From the IMG/VR virus record IMGVR_UViG_3300046323_000666, positions 1-46,021 of that record: a DNA stretch of 46,021 nucleotides; one strand, given 5' to 3'. The DNA comes from a virus. Its lineage: Duplodnaviria; Caudoviricetes. Positions 1 through 8,347 of this stretch are shown piece after piece (the stretch's first letter is position 1; every line of letters begins with the position of its first letter). A program made the position numbers and the translations under genes. The notes beneath the pieces were generated by a model, which ran no database searches, was not told where the DNA came from, and worked only from the letters and a program-made list of their open reading frames with translations.

Positions 1-49
1 AAGATAATTGTATTAAAGACTATAACGCAACCTTTAACAACTAAACAAG

Positions 50-127
50 ATGAAAACACTAAAAAACTTATTCAAAACTATTTCTTTCGCCTTATATGGT
101 GGAAAGTCTTTAAATGTGTGTTATTAA
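50..127 (+). CDS. Putative 25-aa peptide (MKTLKNLFKTISFALYGGKSLNVCY)
   Basis: Translated by hand; ATG after an A-rich leader; followed by a motif that recurs at 4219. Confidence 0.35.
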   Translation: MKTLKNLFKTISFALYGGKSLNVCY

Positions 128-195
128 GCCCTATTTATAGGCGAAATTTCAACATCAAAACAAACAAATAAAACAACAATTTAAAATTTATCATT

Positions 196-1035
196 ATGAA
201 AACAGTATTTACAAACAGTACAGCAGTTACGCATTTATTCGCTCAACAAACACAAAGCGAAGGAAGGAGCTCAAACATATTTTTTAATCGTAATAAAATT
301 TACTCTTATGGTTATCATTATTTACTAGGCGAATTTATCGAAAACAACAAAGGACAAAAAGCCATATTAATAAATGATAAAGGTTATAGCTCAACTACTT
401 CGGGCCATATTTCAGACCTAAGACAAGCGACAAGACAATATAAACAGTTTTTTGTAACAGAAACAAATGTAGATTTTGTTTTACAGTCAATTGAAAGTAA
501 TGTAAATAAACTAATTACAGCACGAAAAAAAGAACTATATATAATTCCTTCGCAAAAATTATTTGAGTCATTAAACGAGTTTATTAAATGGCAAGAGAAT
601 AAAATCACACCAAAAACCGAACAGTATAAAAAAATTGTAAGGTTAATGAAAGTAATAAATGGCGACAATTTAACGGAATATTTAGAAAATGAATCCAAAC
701 GAATTAAGTCAGAAGCAAAAAAAGAAGCTAAAAAACAACTACAAAAACTTACTGAAAACATCGAAAAGTTTTATAATTATGATACGGATCGAGTTTATAA
801 CAGTAACCAGGATTATGTAAGACTTTCACAAGATGGCGAAAACGTTGAAACTTCGCAAAATGTAAAAGTATCACGAAAAGAAGCAAAAGTACTTTATAGT
901 TTAATCACGAATAAAAAAGACGTGAAAGGTTTTATTATCGGTGGTTATACTGTTATATCAATTAATGGCACGTTAACAATTGGCTGTCATCATATAAATA
1001 TTGACTCTATAAATAGAATCGGTAACCAATTGTAA
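196..1035 (+). CDS. Phage early hypothetical protein (279 aa) with C-terminal ETS..V...GY.V...IGCH motif
   Basis: Long ORF with A-rich Bacteroidota-type leader; C-terminal motif shared with the next gene. Confidence 0.85.
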   Translation: MKTVFTNSTAVTHLFAQQTQSEGRSSNIFFNRNKIYSYGYHYLLGEFIENNKGQKAILINDKGYSSTTSGHISDLRQATRQYKQFFVTETNVDFVLQSIESNVNKLITARKKELYIIPSQKLFESLNEFIKWQENKITPKTEQYKKIVRLMKVINGDNLTEYLENESKRIKSEAKKEAKKQLQKLTENIEKFYNYDTDRVYNSNQDYVRLSQDGENVETSQNVKVSRKEAKVLYSLITNKKDVKGFIIGGYTVISINGTLTIGCHHINIDSINRIGNQL

Positions 1036-1135
1036 AAACCAAAATATTCCTCCCTTGTAAGTTTAAAGAATTTTAACCCTTATTCGTTTGGGGCTTGGGA
1101 ACTAAAAACAAATATTAATTTAATCTTTATTTATT

Positions 1136-2308
1136 ATGAAAACAATTTCAAAAATTAACGAAAAAATTTATTCTCTTGTATCAGATATTTATTTTTTAGA
1201 CGATGCAAGTCACGATTTTAACACTAGAGAAGGCAAAATTTGTGCAAATATTAGAGTTTCAGGATGGATTGATGAAGACGATGTTTTAAAAATTTGCGAA
1301 GACAAAAACTTGTCTAAAAAGCAAACTAAAAAAGTGTTGAAAGAGTTTAATGAAGACAGATTAAATAATGTTTATAATCACGTTTGTGAAGACGGTGTAC
1401 GAAATTTGAAAGAGCAATATGAAGATAATTGTGATTTATCAGATTATAATAAAATCTTTAAAGTTTGGCAATATTCAAACAACAAAGAAAACAACAATAA
1501 AGAGTATTTTTTAGAATCAGAATATTATAAAAATCAAAAATATTATATCAATCAATATTTTGATGCAGCTAAAAAATTCAAAACTCAAAAATCCTGGAAT
1601 GCTCACATAATAAAAAATAACGAAATAGAATTTAAGGAATTTTCTAAAAGAGCTCAAATAGATAAGTTTGAAGTTTGGCAATATGGTAGATCCGGCGGCT
1701 GGTTATCAATTTGCGATGAAGACGAGGCACAAAGTAATATTTTAGAAGATAACTACAGTTATTATATTTATGATGAATTAAAAGACTGTTACAACGACGA
1801 TAATAATCAGGCTTTTAATAATGTTTTAAACGATTATTTAAGTAGAGAAACAAAAAACGATTTTATAAAAAATCTTGAATCACTACTCAACCAACAAAAC
1901 GAAAAAACCGAAGCAATAGAGCAAATTATCGAAGATATTGAAGGGCAAACAAAGTATTTTAAAGAAAATTTACTTAATGAATTAGATTATGAAATAGGCG
2001 AATTTGTAAGTACTGAATTTTCAGTAAACAAAACAAATGTAAAAATTTCAATAGTTGAAGACAAAGTAAAAACTTCTCTAGGTGTAACAGTAGATAAAGA
2101 AGAGTTTATAAATGCTTTTACTCTTGCATTACCCAAAATAAATAAACTTGAAAGAAAAGAAAAGTTATCTATTAAAAAACAAGTAGGAAACTATTTTGTT
2201 GAGTATGCGAAGAAAACTAAAAACGATATTATTATAAAAGCGGGCTGTCATAGATTTAGTTTTAATAACATTATCGAAGTTTTAAATATCAATCCTATTG
2301 CATCATAA
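1136..2308 (+). CDS. Phage early hypothetical protein (390 aa, acidic) with C-terminal KTS.GV.V...GNY.V...AGCH motif
   Basis: Long ORF; contains QYGRSGGWL; C-terminus resembles that of 196..1035. Confidence 0.85.
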   Translation: MKTISKINEKIYSLVSDIYFLDDASHDFNTREGKICANIRVSGWIDEDDVLKICEDKNLSKKQTKKVLKEFNEDRLNNVYNHVCEDGVRNLKEQYEDNCDLSDYNKIFKVWQYSNNKENNNKEYFLESEYYKNQKYYINQYFDAAKKFKTQKSWNAHIIKNNEIEFKEFSKRAQIDKFEVWQYGRSGGWLSICDEDEAQSNILEDNYSYYIYDELKDCYNDDNNQAFNNVLNDYLSRETKNDFIKNLESLLNQQNEKTEAIEQIIEDIEGQTKYFKENLLNELDYEIGEFVSTEFSVNKTNVKISIVEDKVKTSLGVTVDKEEFINAFTLALPKINKLERKEKLSIKKQVGNYFVEYAKKTKNDIIIKAGCHRFSFNNIIEVLNINPIAS

Positions 2309-2336
2309 AATGAAAACCAGGAGCAACCCAACCCAA

Positions 2337-2377
2337 AAAACCGTAATAATAAACACTAAAGAAAACATTACGGTTTT
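2337..2377 (+). terminator. Possible hairpin terminator
   Basis: AAAACCGTAAT...ATTACGGTTTT inverted repeat after the 2308 stop; loop is long. Confidence 0.4.
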
Positions 2378-2437
2378 ATTCTCTCTTATTATTCAAATTT
2401 AATTTAACACTTTTACTCACTTTTAAAAATTATAGTT

Positions 2438-2629
2438 ATGGAAAATTTAGAAAAAATTATTATTCAAGAGGCCAACGAATTAGCAAAAGGACATTATATG
2501 TATGATAGTGATGATCCTATTACTACTTTAAACGAAGCCTTAACAATGTTTGTTTTTGAAAGTTTACAAGATGATAGTTTTGATAGTTCAGAAATTTACG
2601 ACTTGATAAATTCAAAACTAACCGCATGA
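2438..2629 (+). CDS. Small acidic hypothetical protein
   Basis: ORF in the early + strand gene run. Confidence 0.7.
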   Translation: MENLEKIIIQEANELAKGHYMYDSDDPITTLNEALTMFVFESLQDDSFDSSEIYDLINSKLTA

Positions 2630-2703
2630 AAAAGCGATCACAATTAAACTTCATTTATATAGTTGCACTCTATTTTATTTTGCAGGTTATTTTTAGAAGC
2701 TAA
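2626..2703 (+). CDS. Putative 25-aa membrane peptide (MKKRSQLNFIYIVALYFILQVIFRS)
   Basis: ATGA overlap with the upstream stop; hydrophobic stretch; translated by hand. Confidence 0.5.
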   Translation: MKKRSQLNFIYIVALYFILQVIFRS

Positions 2704-2736
2704 AAGAATAAATTATAAACTCAAAAACTCAATATT

Positions 2737-2922
2737 ATGTTAGGATTTAACGACACAATTTTAAAAAAGAAAAAAGTAAGAAACGGAATTTTTGCTTATG
2801 TAACACAAGGCGGAATTAATATTGATGGTTATTCTTATTATGGTTATTCACTAACCGAAGCAATAAACCGATATAGACAACAATATCCAGTCTACAAAAA
2901 AATGAAATTTATCAATAATTAA
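2737..2922 (+). CDS. Hypothetical protein
   Basis: ORF in the early gene run. Confidence 0.7.
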   Translation: MLGFNDTILKKKKVRNGIFAYVTQGGINIDGYSYYGYSLTEAINRYRQQYPVYKKMKFINN

Positions 2923-2935
2923 AAACTCAAAAAAA

Positions 2936-3190
2936 ATGAACACATACATATTAGTCGGAACAGTAGCCGTAAATAATTTTAATAACGAAGCGTGGCAAGA
3001 TTTAGAAGAATCCATTGAATGTAACAACGGAGATATTATCGCATGGGATAGCGCAACAGATTTTGTTGGTAATTTATTAGCAATGCTAAATGGTTGGAAT
3101 GAATTTATAGAATTATCAAAAGAAGATTTAGACAACATCGAGAAAAACACAAAAATCGAACTTGAAAAAAGAGGCGAATCAATTAACTAA
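2936..3190 (+). CDS. Hypothetical acidic protein
   Basis: ORF with A-rich leader. Confidence 0.75.
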   Translation: MNTYILVGTVAVNNFNNEAWQDLEESIECNNGDIIAWDSATDFVGNLLAMLNGWNEFIELSKEDLDNIEKNTKIELEKRGESIN

Positions 3191-3202
3191 ACACAAAACA
3201 AA

Positions 3203-3397
3203 ATGCAAACTACACTATTTGAAGTAAAATTTTACGACGGATCAAAATTCAATGTTTTTTGTCGGGGAAGAAACCAATTTAAAAGATTTTTCGCTTATTG
3301 CCGATTACATCACGACGAAATCGAAAGCTGGTGCGAACTTGTAAACGGAATCCACACAATCGAGCAATTTGAAAAACGACCATCTAATAAACTGTAA
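3203..3397 (+). CDS. Hypothetical protein
   Basis: ORF in a tightly packed gene run. Confidence 0.75.
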   Translation: MQTTLFEVKFYDGSKFNVFCRGRNQFKRFFAYCRLHHDEIESWCELVNGIHTIEQFEKRPSNKL

Positions 3398-3399
3398 AA

Positions 3400-3594
3400 A
3401 TGACAGAATCATTTAATCAAAAAGACTTCTCCCAAAGAGTAATTGAAGAGCTTGAATATTTGGGGATGGAAAGAAAAGAACTAGCTAAAAGCACCTACAT
3501 TTCAGAACATCGAATTGTATTAGGGCTACAAAACAAATCAAAATTTAAACCTGAAGAAATTTCAAGCATCGAAAAGGTTTTAGGAATGAACTAA
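3400..3594 (+). CDS. XRE-like HTH protein
   Basis: GMERKELAKSTYISEHRI...KFKPEEISSIEKVLG pattern. Confidence 0.6.
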   Translation: MTESFNQKDFSQRVIEELEYLGMERKELAKSTYISEHRIVLGLQNKSKFKPEEISSIEKVLGMN

Positions 3595-3613
3595 CAATTT
3601 AAAAAATAGAAAA

Positions 3614-3808
3614 ATGAAAATCCATTTAATCAGAATTTTAGTAAACGACAGCCCAAAAACAAAAGTAGAAAAATTTACTTTTAATTTTTACCCATTCAAA
3701 AAACTTGATGTTATAGCTTCATTTAATTCAATCGAACCTGAATGGTGGAGAATTTTTGACACAATAGAGGGAGCGAAAGAATATATTTCAAATCTAAATA
3801 ATCAGTAA
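3614..3808 (+). CDS. Hypothetical protein
   Basis: ORF in a tightly packed gene run. Confidence 0.7.
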   Translation: MKIHLIRILVNDSPKTKVEKFTFNFYPFKKLDVIASFNSIEPEWWRIFDTIEGAKEYISNLNNQ

Positions 3809-3813
3809 AAAAA

Positions 3814-4134
3814 ATGGAAACAAAATTTCAAAACAGGGTCTTACTTATTGGCGACAATATTAGTAAACACACACAAGAGTATTTTAAAGAATATTGCCCC
3901 TATGCAATATTATTAGTCGGAGAAAGAAGTATTTATAAATCTTTCGTTGCTGAAAAAAATTACGATGGCGGTCAAGAACCATTACCAGGAGAATGTACTA
4001 TTTTTAGAAGTTCCCAAAACTGTATCACATACAACACAGAGGAAGATTTTAAAAACGGCAATGGCACTTTTAATTCTGACGTTCCTGATGAAGTTGAAGA
4101 AATAATTTATGAATACACCGCTAAAATAATTTAA
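3814..4134 (+). CDS. Hypothetical protein
   Basis: ORF in a tightly packed gene run. Confidence 0.75.
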   Translation: METKFQNRVLLIGDNISKHTQEYFKEYCPYAILLVGERSIYKSFVAEKNYDGGQEPLPGECTIFRSSQNCITYNTEEDFKNGNGTFNSDVPDEVEEIIYEYTAKII

Positions 4135-4135
4135 G

Positions 4136-4219
4136 ATGAACCCAAAGAAAGAGAAACACGAATTAATGCCACAGTTGATAATATTGATTATGATTATTAT
4201 CATTATAGCTGCACTTTAG
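4136..4219 (+). CDS. Putative 27-aa membrane peptide (MNPKKEKHELMPQLIILIMIIIIIAAL)
   Basis: ATG immediately after the upstream stop; strongly hydrophobic C-terminus; translated by hand. Confidence 0.5.
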   Translation: MNPKKEKHELMPQLIILIMIIIIIAAL

Positions 4220-4279
4220 CCTTATTTGTAGGCGAAATTAACAACAACAAATATTTGTAAACGATAAAAACCAAACCAA

Positions 4280-4504
4280 ATGAAAACAACACTTTTAATC
4301 TTTGTATTTGCCTTAGTGGCACTTTGCATTTTATTAATGCGCAGGATTTTAAAATTAGAGTATTCTAATTTCGACCTAAACGAAAAACTAAATATTTCGG
4401 ATCAAGAGTATATTAGTTTATTCGATGAAAACACAAAACTATCCGATAAACTTTTGGAGGTAAAACTAATGAATGAAATTAAAAAAATAACCAATGAAAA
4501 CTAA
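4280..4504 (+). CDS. Membrane-anchored coiled-coil hypothetical protein
   Basis: N-terminal hydrophobic helix followed by heptad-like sequence. Confidence 0.7.
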   Translation: MKTTLLIFVFALVALCILLMRRILKLEYSNFDLNEKLNISDQEYISLFDENTKLSDKLLEVKLMNEIKKITNEN

Positions 4505-4682
4505 AAACCAATACGAGAAAGAAAAAGAGCGAATCGCCAATAGTAAGCGAATGACCGAAAAGCAAAAAACCGAAGCACATTTTAATAATTGGCAAGATTA
4601 TATTTTTTACTCAATACCTGAAGAAAAAAGACAGTCTATTACAATGAATCATTTTAATCAAATGTTTTTTATCAGAACATAA
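4494..4682 (+). CDS. Hypothetical protein
   Basis: ORF overlapping the upstream stop. Confidence 0.7.
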   Translation: MKTKNQYEKEKERIANSKRMTEKQKTEAHFNNWQDYIFYSIPEEKRQSITMNHFNQMFFIRT

Positions 4683-4723
4683 ACAAAAAAAATCAAATTT
4701 ACCAATAATTTAAAACGCTAAAA

Positions 4724-4951
4724 ATGACACCATCACAAGAAATAGGCGCAATCTTAAAGAAAAGAAGAAACGCTTTAAGCCTTTCTCAAAGTAAACTAGC
4801 GATGTTAGCCTATAAAGAGCAACGACATCAAAGTTTAATCTCCAGGATTGAAAATGGATCGTACAAAGAAGTGAAATTTGAAGACGTGAAAATAATTCTC
4901 TCAACTCTAGGTATCGACTTAATCAAACTAATAAAAAAAGCCACTCAATAA
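4724..4951 (+). CDS. XRE-family HTH transcriptional regulator
   Basis: IGAILKKRRNALSLSQSKLA...QSLISRIENG motif. Confidence 0.85.
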   Translation: MTPSQEIGAILKKRRNALSLSQSKLAMLAYKEQRHQSLISRIENGSYKEVKFEDVKIILSTLGIDLIKLIKKATQ

Positions 4952-4964
4952 AGTGGCTTTTTTT
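4933..4964. terminator. Bidirectional intrinsic terminator
   Basis: AAAAAAAGCCACT-caataa-AGTGGCTTTTTTT between convergent genes. Confidence 0.85.
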
Positions 4965-4965
4965 A

Positions 4966-5256
4966 TTAATTATAATACCCCAATCCATACACGTAGCCTT
5001 TTCTACTTACGTTGGTAACGTCTTTAAAAGTAGCCCAATAGTAGCATCCACCAGCACTTTGATAGTTTGGTTTTATTTTATCATAAGTTTCTTTTGTTAT
5101 TTCATAATTCCCTGCAATAGATTTGCTCCCTTTCGGGCAATCGCTATAAGTATTTATCGTATAGGTATAACTTACAGGAACTTCCTCGCTGTCTTTACCG
5201 CAAGACACAAATAAACACAATCCAAAAACTAAAATTACTTTTTTTAAATTTCTCAT
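4966..5256 (-). CDS. Small lipoprotein
   Basis: Signal peptide MRNLKKVILVFGLCLFVS-C with lipobox Cys. Confidence 0.75.
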   Translation of the reverse strand: MRNLKKVILVFGLCLFVSCGKDSEEVPVSYTYTINTYSDCPKGSKSIAGNYEITKETYDKIKPNYQSAGGCYYWATFKDVTNVSRKGYVYGLGYYN

Positions 5257-5621
5257 AACTCTTTTTTAATTAACATAAACATATCCTCTTGAACTTCAAA
5301 ATACCCATAATCATATACAAAATAATACTCATTACCAGTTTTAGCATTAAGATAACTTGTAAAAAACTCAAAATCAAAACCTTTTTTCTTGAGTAACTTT
5401 CGCTCAACTTTTGCGTTTTCCACTACATTTAATTCGGTCAAAATACGGTAGTTCTTCCGCAAACGATTGTTTATATTTCGTACTAAATTAGTAGCGTCTT
5501 TGTTTTGACGGTTATTCCATGTATTCCTGCAATTATCCGAGCAAAACATCTTTCCTGCCCTGCCTACAATTTCCTTTCCATCATTCAAGCAATATCGCTT
5601 TTCTTTATTTATTGGCTCCAT
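5253..5621 (-). CDS. Cys-rich N-terminal (Zn-binding-like) Bacteroidota conserved hypothetical protein
   Basis: C..DG..I.GR.GKMFCSDNCRNTWNN motif. Confidence 0.75.
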   Translation of the reverse strand: MEPINKEKRYCLNDGKEIVGRAGKMFCSDNCRNTWNNRQNKDATNLVRNINNRLRKNYRILTELNVVENAKVERKLLKKKGFDFEFFTSYLNAKTGNEYYFVYDYGYFEVQEDMFMLIKKEL

Positions 5622-6853
5622 TGTCGTTTCATTATTTCGGCATACTCAACCTTTGTAGTCTTGTTATATTTGGTTGCCATCTTACTATTTTTACTCCAAC
5701 CCAAAACTGAATTAATAACTTCGGGAGAAACTTTATCGTAATTGTTAGATAAAAATGATTTTCGTCCTATGTGGCTTGTCACTAACTCATATTTTTTATA
5801 GTATTTCGTGACTTTTCGTTTCAATTTACTATCAAAAACCTTCCCAAAAACTAAATTATCAATCTCGCAAATTTGACAAATGACTTTAATTTGCTTATTG
5901 TATTCCGGACTACTTACTTTTTTAGGCAAAAAACCAAAATTATCTTTTAGAATTTGCTCTACAATTGGATGAACAGGAATTACAATCTTAGCTCTTGTCT
6001 TTTGAGTTTTCAAAGTAATCATTCCGTCTTTAATATTCGAAATATCAAGTTTCATAAAATCAGAAATTCTTAATCCACTGTGTAAAGAAATCAAAAAGTT
6101 TTGTTTTATGCAATTTAAATTTTCATCATACGAAAAATCTTTGTCGATTATCTTTTGAATTTCCTTCTCGTTTAAATAAACTCCCTCAATATCATTTTCT
6201 GAATCAAAATAAATTCTTTCCTTGAAAGACTGGCTCACTTCATAATTCATTTCTGTAGCCCGATTAAGAAAAAACCGCAACCTGCCTATGTTTCTTTCGA
6301 TTGTCGATGTTTGGTAGTTTTCAGTTTCTAACCAATCGATAAAACTCTCTATGTTTTTTTTGGTAATATTTCGTAGTTGCAATTTCTCACCAATAATTGC
6401 TTCATATTCCGTAAAAGTTTCAACGAATTTCTTGTATTGATTTTGGGCGGGAATATCCATAAACTTTCTCGCAGATACTTTCCATTCCTTAGCGTGACTT
6501 TCTAGCCACCAAAACGAAAAATCCGAAACGTAAATAGTATGTAAAGGACTAATCATAGATATTTCTTCCTTTGGGCGCATAAAAGAATCTTTCACGACTT
6601 TTGCCAACCAATTTTTGTCGATTATTTCCCCACCGCAGAAATCTTTATTGTACCGCTTCAAAATATCGGTTTTTAGCGACTGTAAAGCAATAGTAACTTC
6701 ATTATTCCCTACAACTGTTTGCGTGGTAGAATCCCATTCAGAATCAGTCAGCATCACATTTAAAGATAGCGATAAGTCCATACGATTATGATACAGCCTT
6801 ACCGATAGTTTCTTTATCGTCTTTGTTCCGTTAAGATTGAAATTGATATTCAT
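5609..6853 (-). CDS. Tyrosine recombinase/integrase, Bacteroidota type (414 aa)
   Basis: GLRISD (R), TQKT (K), HIGRKSF (HxxR), LGWS, TKY (Y). Confidence 0.9.
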   Translation of the reverse strand: MNINFNLNGTKTIKKLSVRLYHNRMDLSLSLNVMLTDSEWDSTTQTVVGNNEVTIALQSLKTDILKRYNKDFCGGEIIDKNWLAKVVKDSFMRPKEEISMISPLHTIYVSDFSFWWLESHAKEWKVSARKFMDIPAQNQYKKFVETFTEYEAIIGEKLQLRNITKKNIESFIDWLETENYQTSTIERNIGRLRFFLNRATEMNYEVSQSFKERIYFDSENDIEGVYLNEKEIQKIIDKDFSYDENLNCIKQNFLISLHSGLRISDFMKLDISNIKDGMITLKTQKTRAKIVIPVHPIVEQILKDNFGFLPKKVSSPEYNKQIKVICQICEIDNLVFGKVFDSKLKRKVTKYYKKYELVTSHIGRKSFLSNNYDKVSPEVINSVLGWSKNSKMATKYNKTTKVEYAEIMKRQWSQ

Positions 6854-6870
6854 AATATAAAGATTTTAAG

Positions 6871-6878
6871 CAAATTTA
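6871..6878 (-). promoter_or_regulatory. Bacteroidota -7 promoter box (TAAATTTG) for the 414-aa integrase
   Basis: Matches TAnnTTTG, 17 nt upstream of the ATG. Confidence 0.55.
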
Positions 6879-6952
6879 CACATTAAAATCAAATATAGAC
6901 ACTTTTTATGAAATAATTCTACTTAAATAGTATTAATGTGAAATAAACTCCT

Positions 6953-6960
6953 TATATTTG
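6953..6960 (+). promoter_or_regulatory. Bacteroidota -7 promoter box (TATATTTG) upstream of the excisionase-like gene and the cassette array
   Basis: Matches TAnnTTTG; divergent from the box at 6871. Confidence 0.6.
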
Positions 6961-6987
6961 TGCTTTATTACACTAAAAATCGCCCAA

Positions 6988-7221
6988 ATGAAACAAACAA
7001 TATCAATAGATTTAACAGAAGATCAAATAAAGAAAATAGTTGAATCTCAATTATCTCTAAAAACAGAACCAATAACATTCTCTATATCTGGAGCAGCTAA
7101 AAAGATAGGAATAAGTAGGGCAAATATCTACATATTGATAAACTCCGGACAGATTAAAAAAATTACCGTTGGGCGTTCACCGAGAATTCATATAGACGAG
7201 ATAAATAAATTTTTATTATAA
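6988..7221 (+). CDS. Excisionase-like HTH (HTH_17 type) protein
   Basis: FSISGAAKKIGISRANIYILINSGQI...VGRSPRI; divergent from the integrase; ATG 6988 preferred over TTG 6958. Confidence 0.8.
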   Translation: MKQTISIDLTEDQIKKIVESQLSLKTEPITFSISGAAKKIGISRANIYILINSGQIKKITVGRSPRIHIDEINKFLL

Positions 7222-7271
7222 AAACTAAATTATGGCATTTGAAACAGTTGAAACAGGAGTTGCATTATTGC

Positions 7272-7388
7272 TAACGTTATCTCGCTTGGCTTAGTGCCGA
7301 GTTATGAAAACTAAATTATCTAATTAAAAATAAAACGTTATGAAAAACGATAAAAACGAAAATAAGGCATTGAGCCAAACGAGTGTTA
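7272..7388. repeat. attC-like site 1 (117 bp)
   Basis: TAAC 7272; arms CTCGCTTGGCTTAGTGCC (7281-7298) / GGCATTGAGCCAAACGAG (7366-7383); GTTA 7385. Confidence 0.85.
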
Positions 7389-7636
7389 GCAGTAGTATTA
7401 ATGCACTGATTTCTAAATTTGATAATGGATTAGAATTGTACCAAAATAATGCGGTTTTTGCAAATTGCATAGAACACTTATTACGAGGTGGAGATATTTA
7501 CAAAATGCTTGAACAAGTTGTAGTAATGCAAGATAAAACACAAGAAAAACTTACTGAACTTCTTTCGAGTGGGGCTTTAAGACAAGAAATTATAATTTCC
7601 AAAGATAAATTTGATGAATTATCGAGTGGTTTGTAA
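7340..7636 (+). CDS. Cassette 1 hypothetical protein (98 aa)
   Basis: Starts inside the site 1 loop; ends just before TACTGCTAAC. Confidence 0.75.
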   Translation: MKNDKNENKALSQTSVSSSINALISKFDNGLELYQNNAVFANCIEHLLRGGDIYKMLEQVVVMQDKTQEKLTELLSSGALRQEIIISKDKFDELSSGL

Positions 7637-7645
7637 TATTACTGC

Positions 7646-7717
7646 TAACAGGCGCGCGCTTTGCGCAGGCTTTGGAGCTTGCTCAAAGCGTGAGTTAGGC
7701 GAAGGGCGCGCCTGTTA
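7646..7717. repeat. attC-like site 2 (72 bp, GC-rich)
   Basis: CTAACAGGCGCGC / GCGCGCCTGTTAG perfect inverted repeat, with inner hairpin GCTTTGGAGC-TT-GCTCAAAGC. Confidence 0.8.
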
Positions 7718-7747
7718 GGCAAAAGGTGTTCGCGCCTTTTGCCTAAC
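7714..7747. repeat. Gene-less cassette body (34-bp hairpin)
   Basis: GTTAGGCAAAAGG-tgttcgcg-CCTTTTGCCTAAC. Confidence 0.8.
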
Positions 7748-7873
7748 GTTATGCAGCTACACGAGCGGTTGGGGCAAGAAAAGCCTAGACTTTCGGAGTT
7801 GGAACAGAACTTAAAAACAAGAACAAAAAATGGAATTAATAACCAAGCCCCAACTGTCGTGTAACTGCTGTTA
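7744..7873. repeat. attC-like site 3 (130 bp)
   Basis: Arms GCAGCTACACGAGCGGTTGGGGC (7753-7775) / GCCCCAACTGTCGTGTAACTGC (7847-7868), one extrahelical G; GTTA 7870. Confidence 0.85.
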
Positions 7874-7908
7874 TGCGGGGTTGTGGATGGTTAAAACAAA
7901 ATATTATT

Positions 7909-8208
7909 ATGGAAACAATTGCAATTATCGGACACGTTGACCGCGGTAAAACAACATTAACTGCCGCTATTAAAAGTGTTTTAGAACAAAAACATAGCGT
8001 GTATCAAGATGCTTTTGAAGAAGTAATTGAGTATAAAAATCCTTATGCTTTTCTAAACGAAAAACCAACGCCAAGTAAGTCAAGGTTAAATAAATGCAAA
8101 AAAGGGTTGCACGAATTTCAGGAAACAAATCACGACATAGTACAAGAAAATATGTTTGTAAAAAAATGGGCGTGTATGCATTGTGGTACTTTAATGCACG
8201 AAAGGTAG
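7909..8208 (+). CDS. Cassette 3 protein: EF-Tu-like P-loop peptide plus C-terminal Zn-ribbon-like motif
   Basis: [28 protein letters not shown]...CMHCG; ATG 7909 has an A-rich leader. Confidence 0.75.
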   Translation: [99 protein letters not shown]

Positions 8209-8218
8209 CAATCCTGCA

Positions 8219-8347
8219 TAACGTATCGTGGCTTTGTCTTGTTGCCGAAAAAATAAGACCTAAATTTTAAATTAAAAACAGAAAATGGAAAGTACAAAAC
8301 CAACATTAAATGAAGCCGAAAACGGCAATAAGTCAAAACCACTGTTA
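8219..8347. repeat. attC-like site 4 (129 bp)
   Basis: Arms GTGGCTTTGTCTTGTTGCCG (8228-8247) / CGGCAATAAGTCAAAACCAC (8323-8342); GTTA 8344. Confidence 0.85.

Noticed and set aside
7873-8208. Genuine EF-Tu (tuf) gene
   Set aside because: Only about 100 aa long and only the G1 motif matches.
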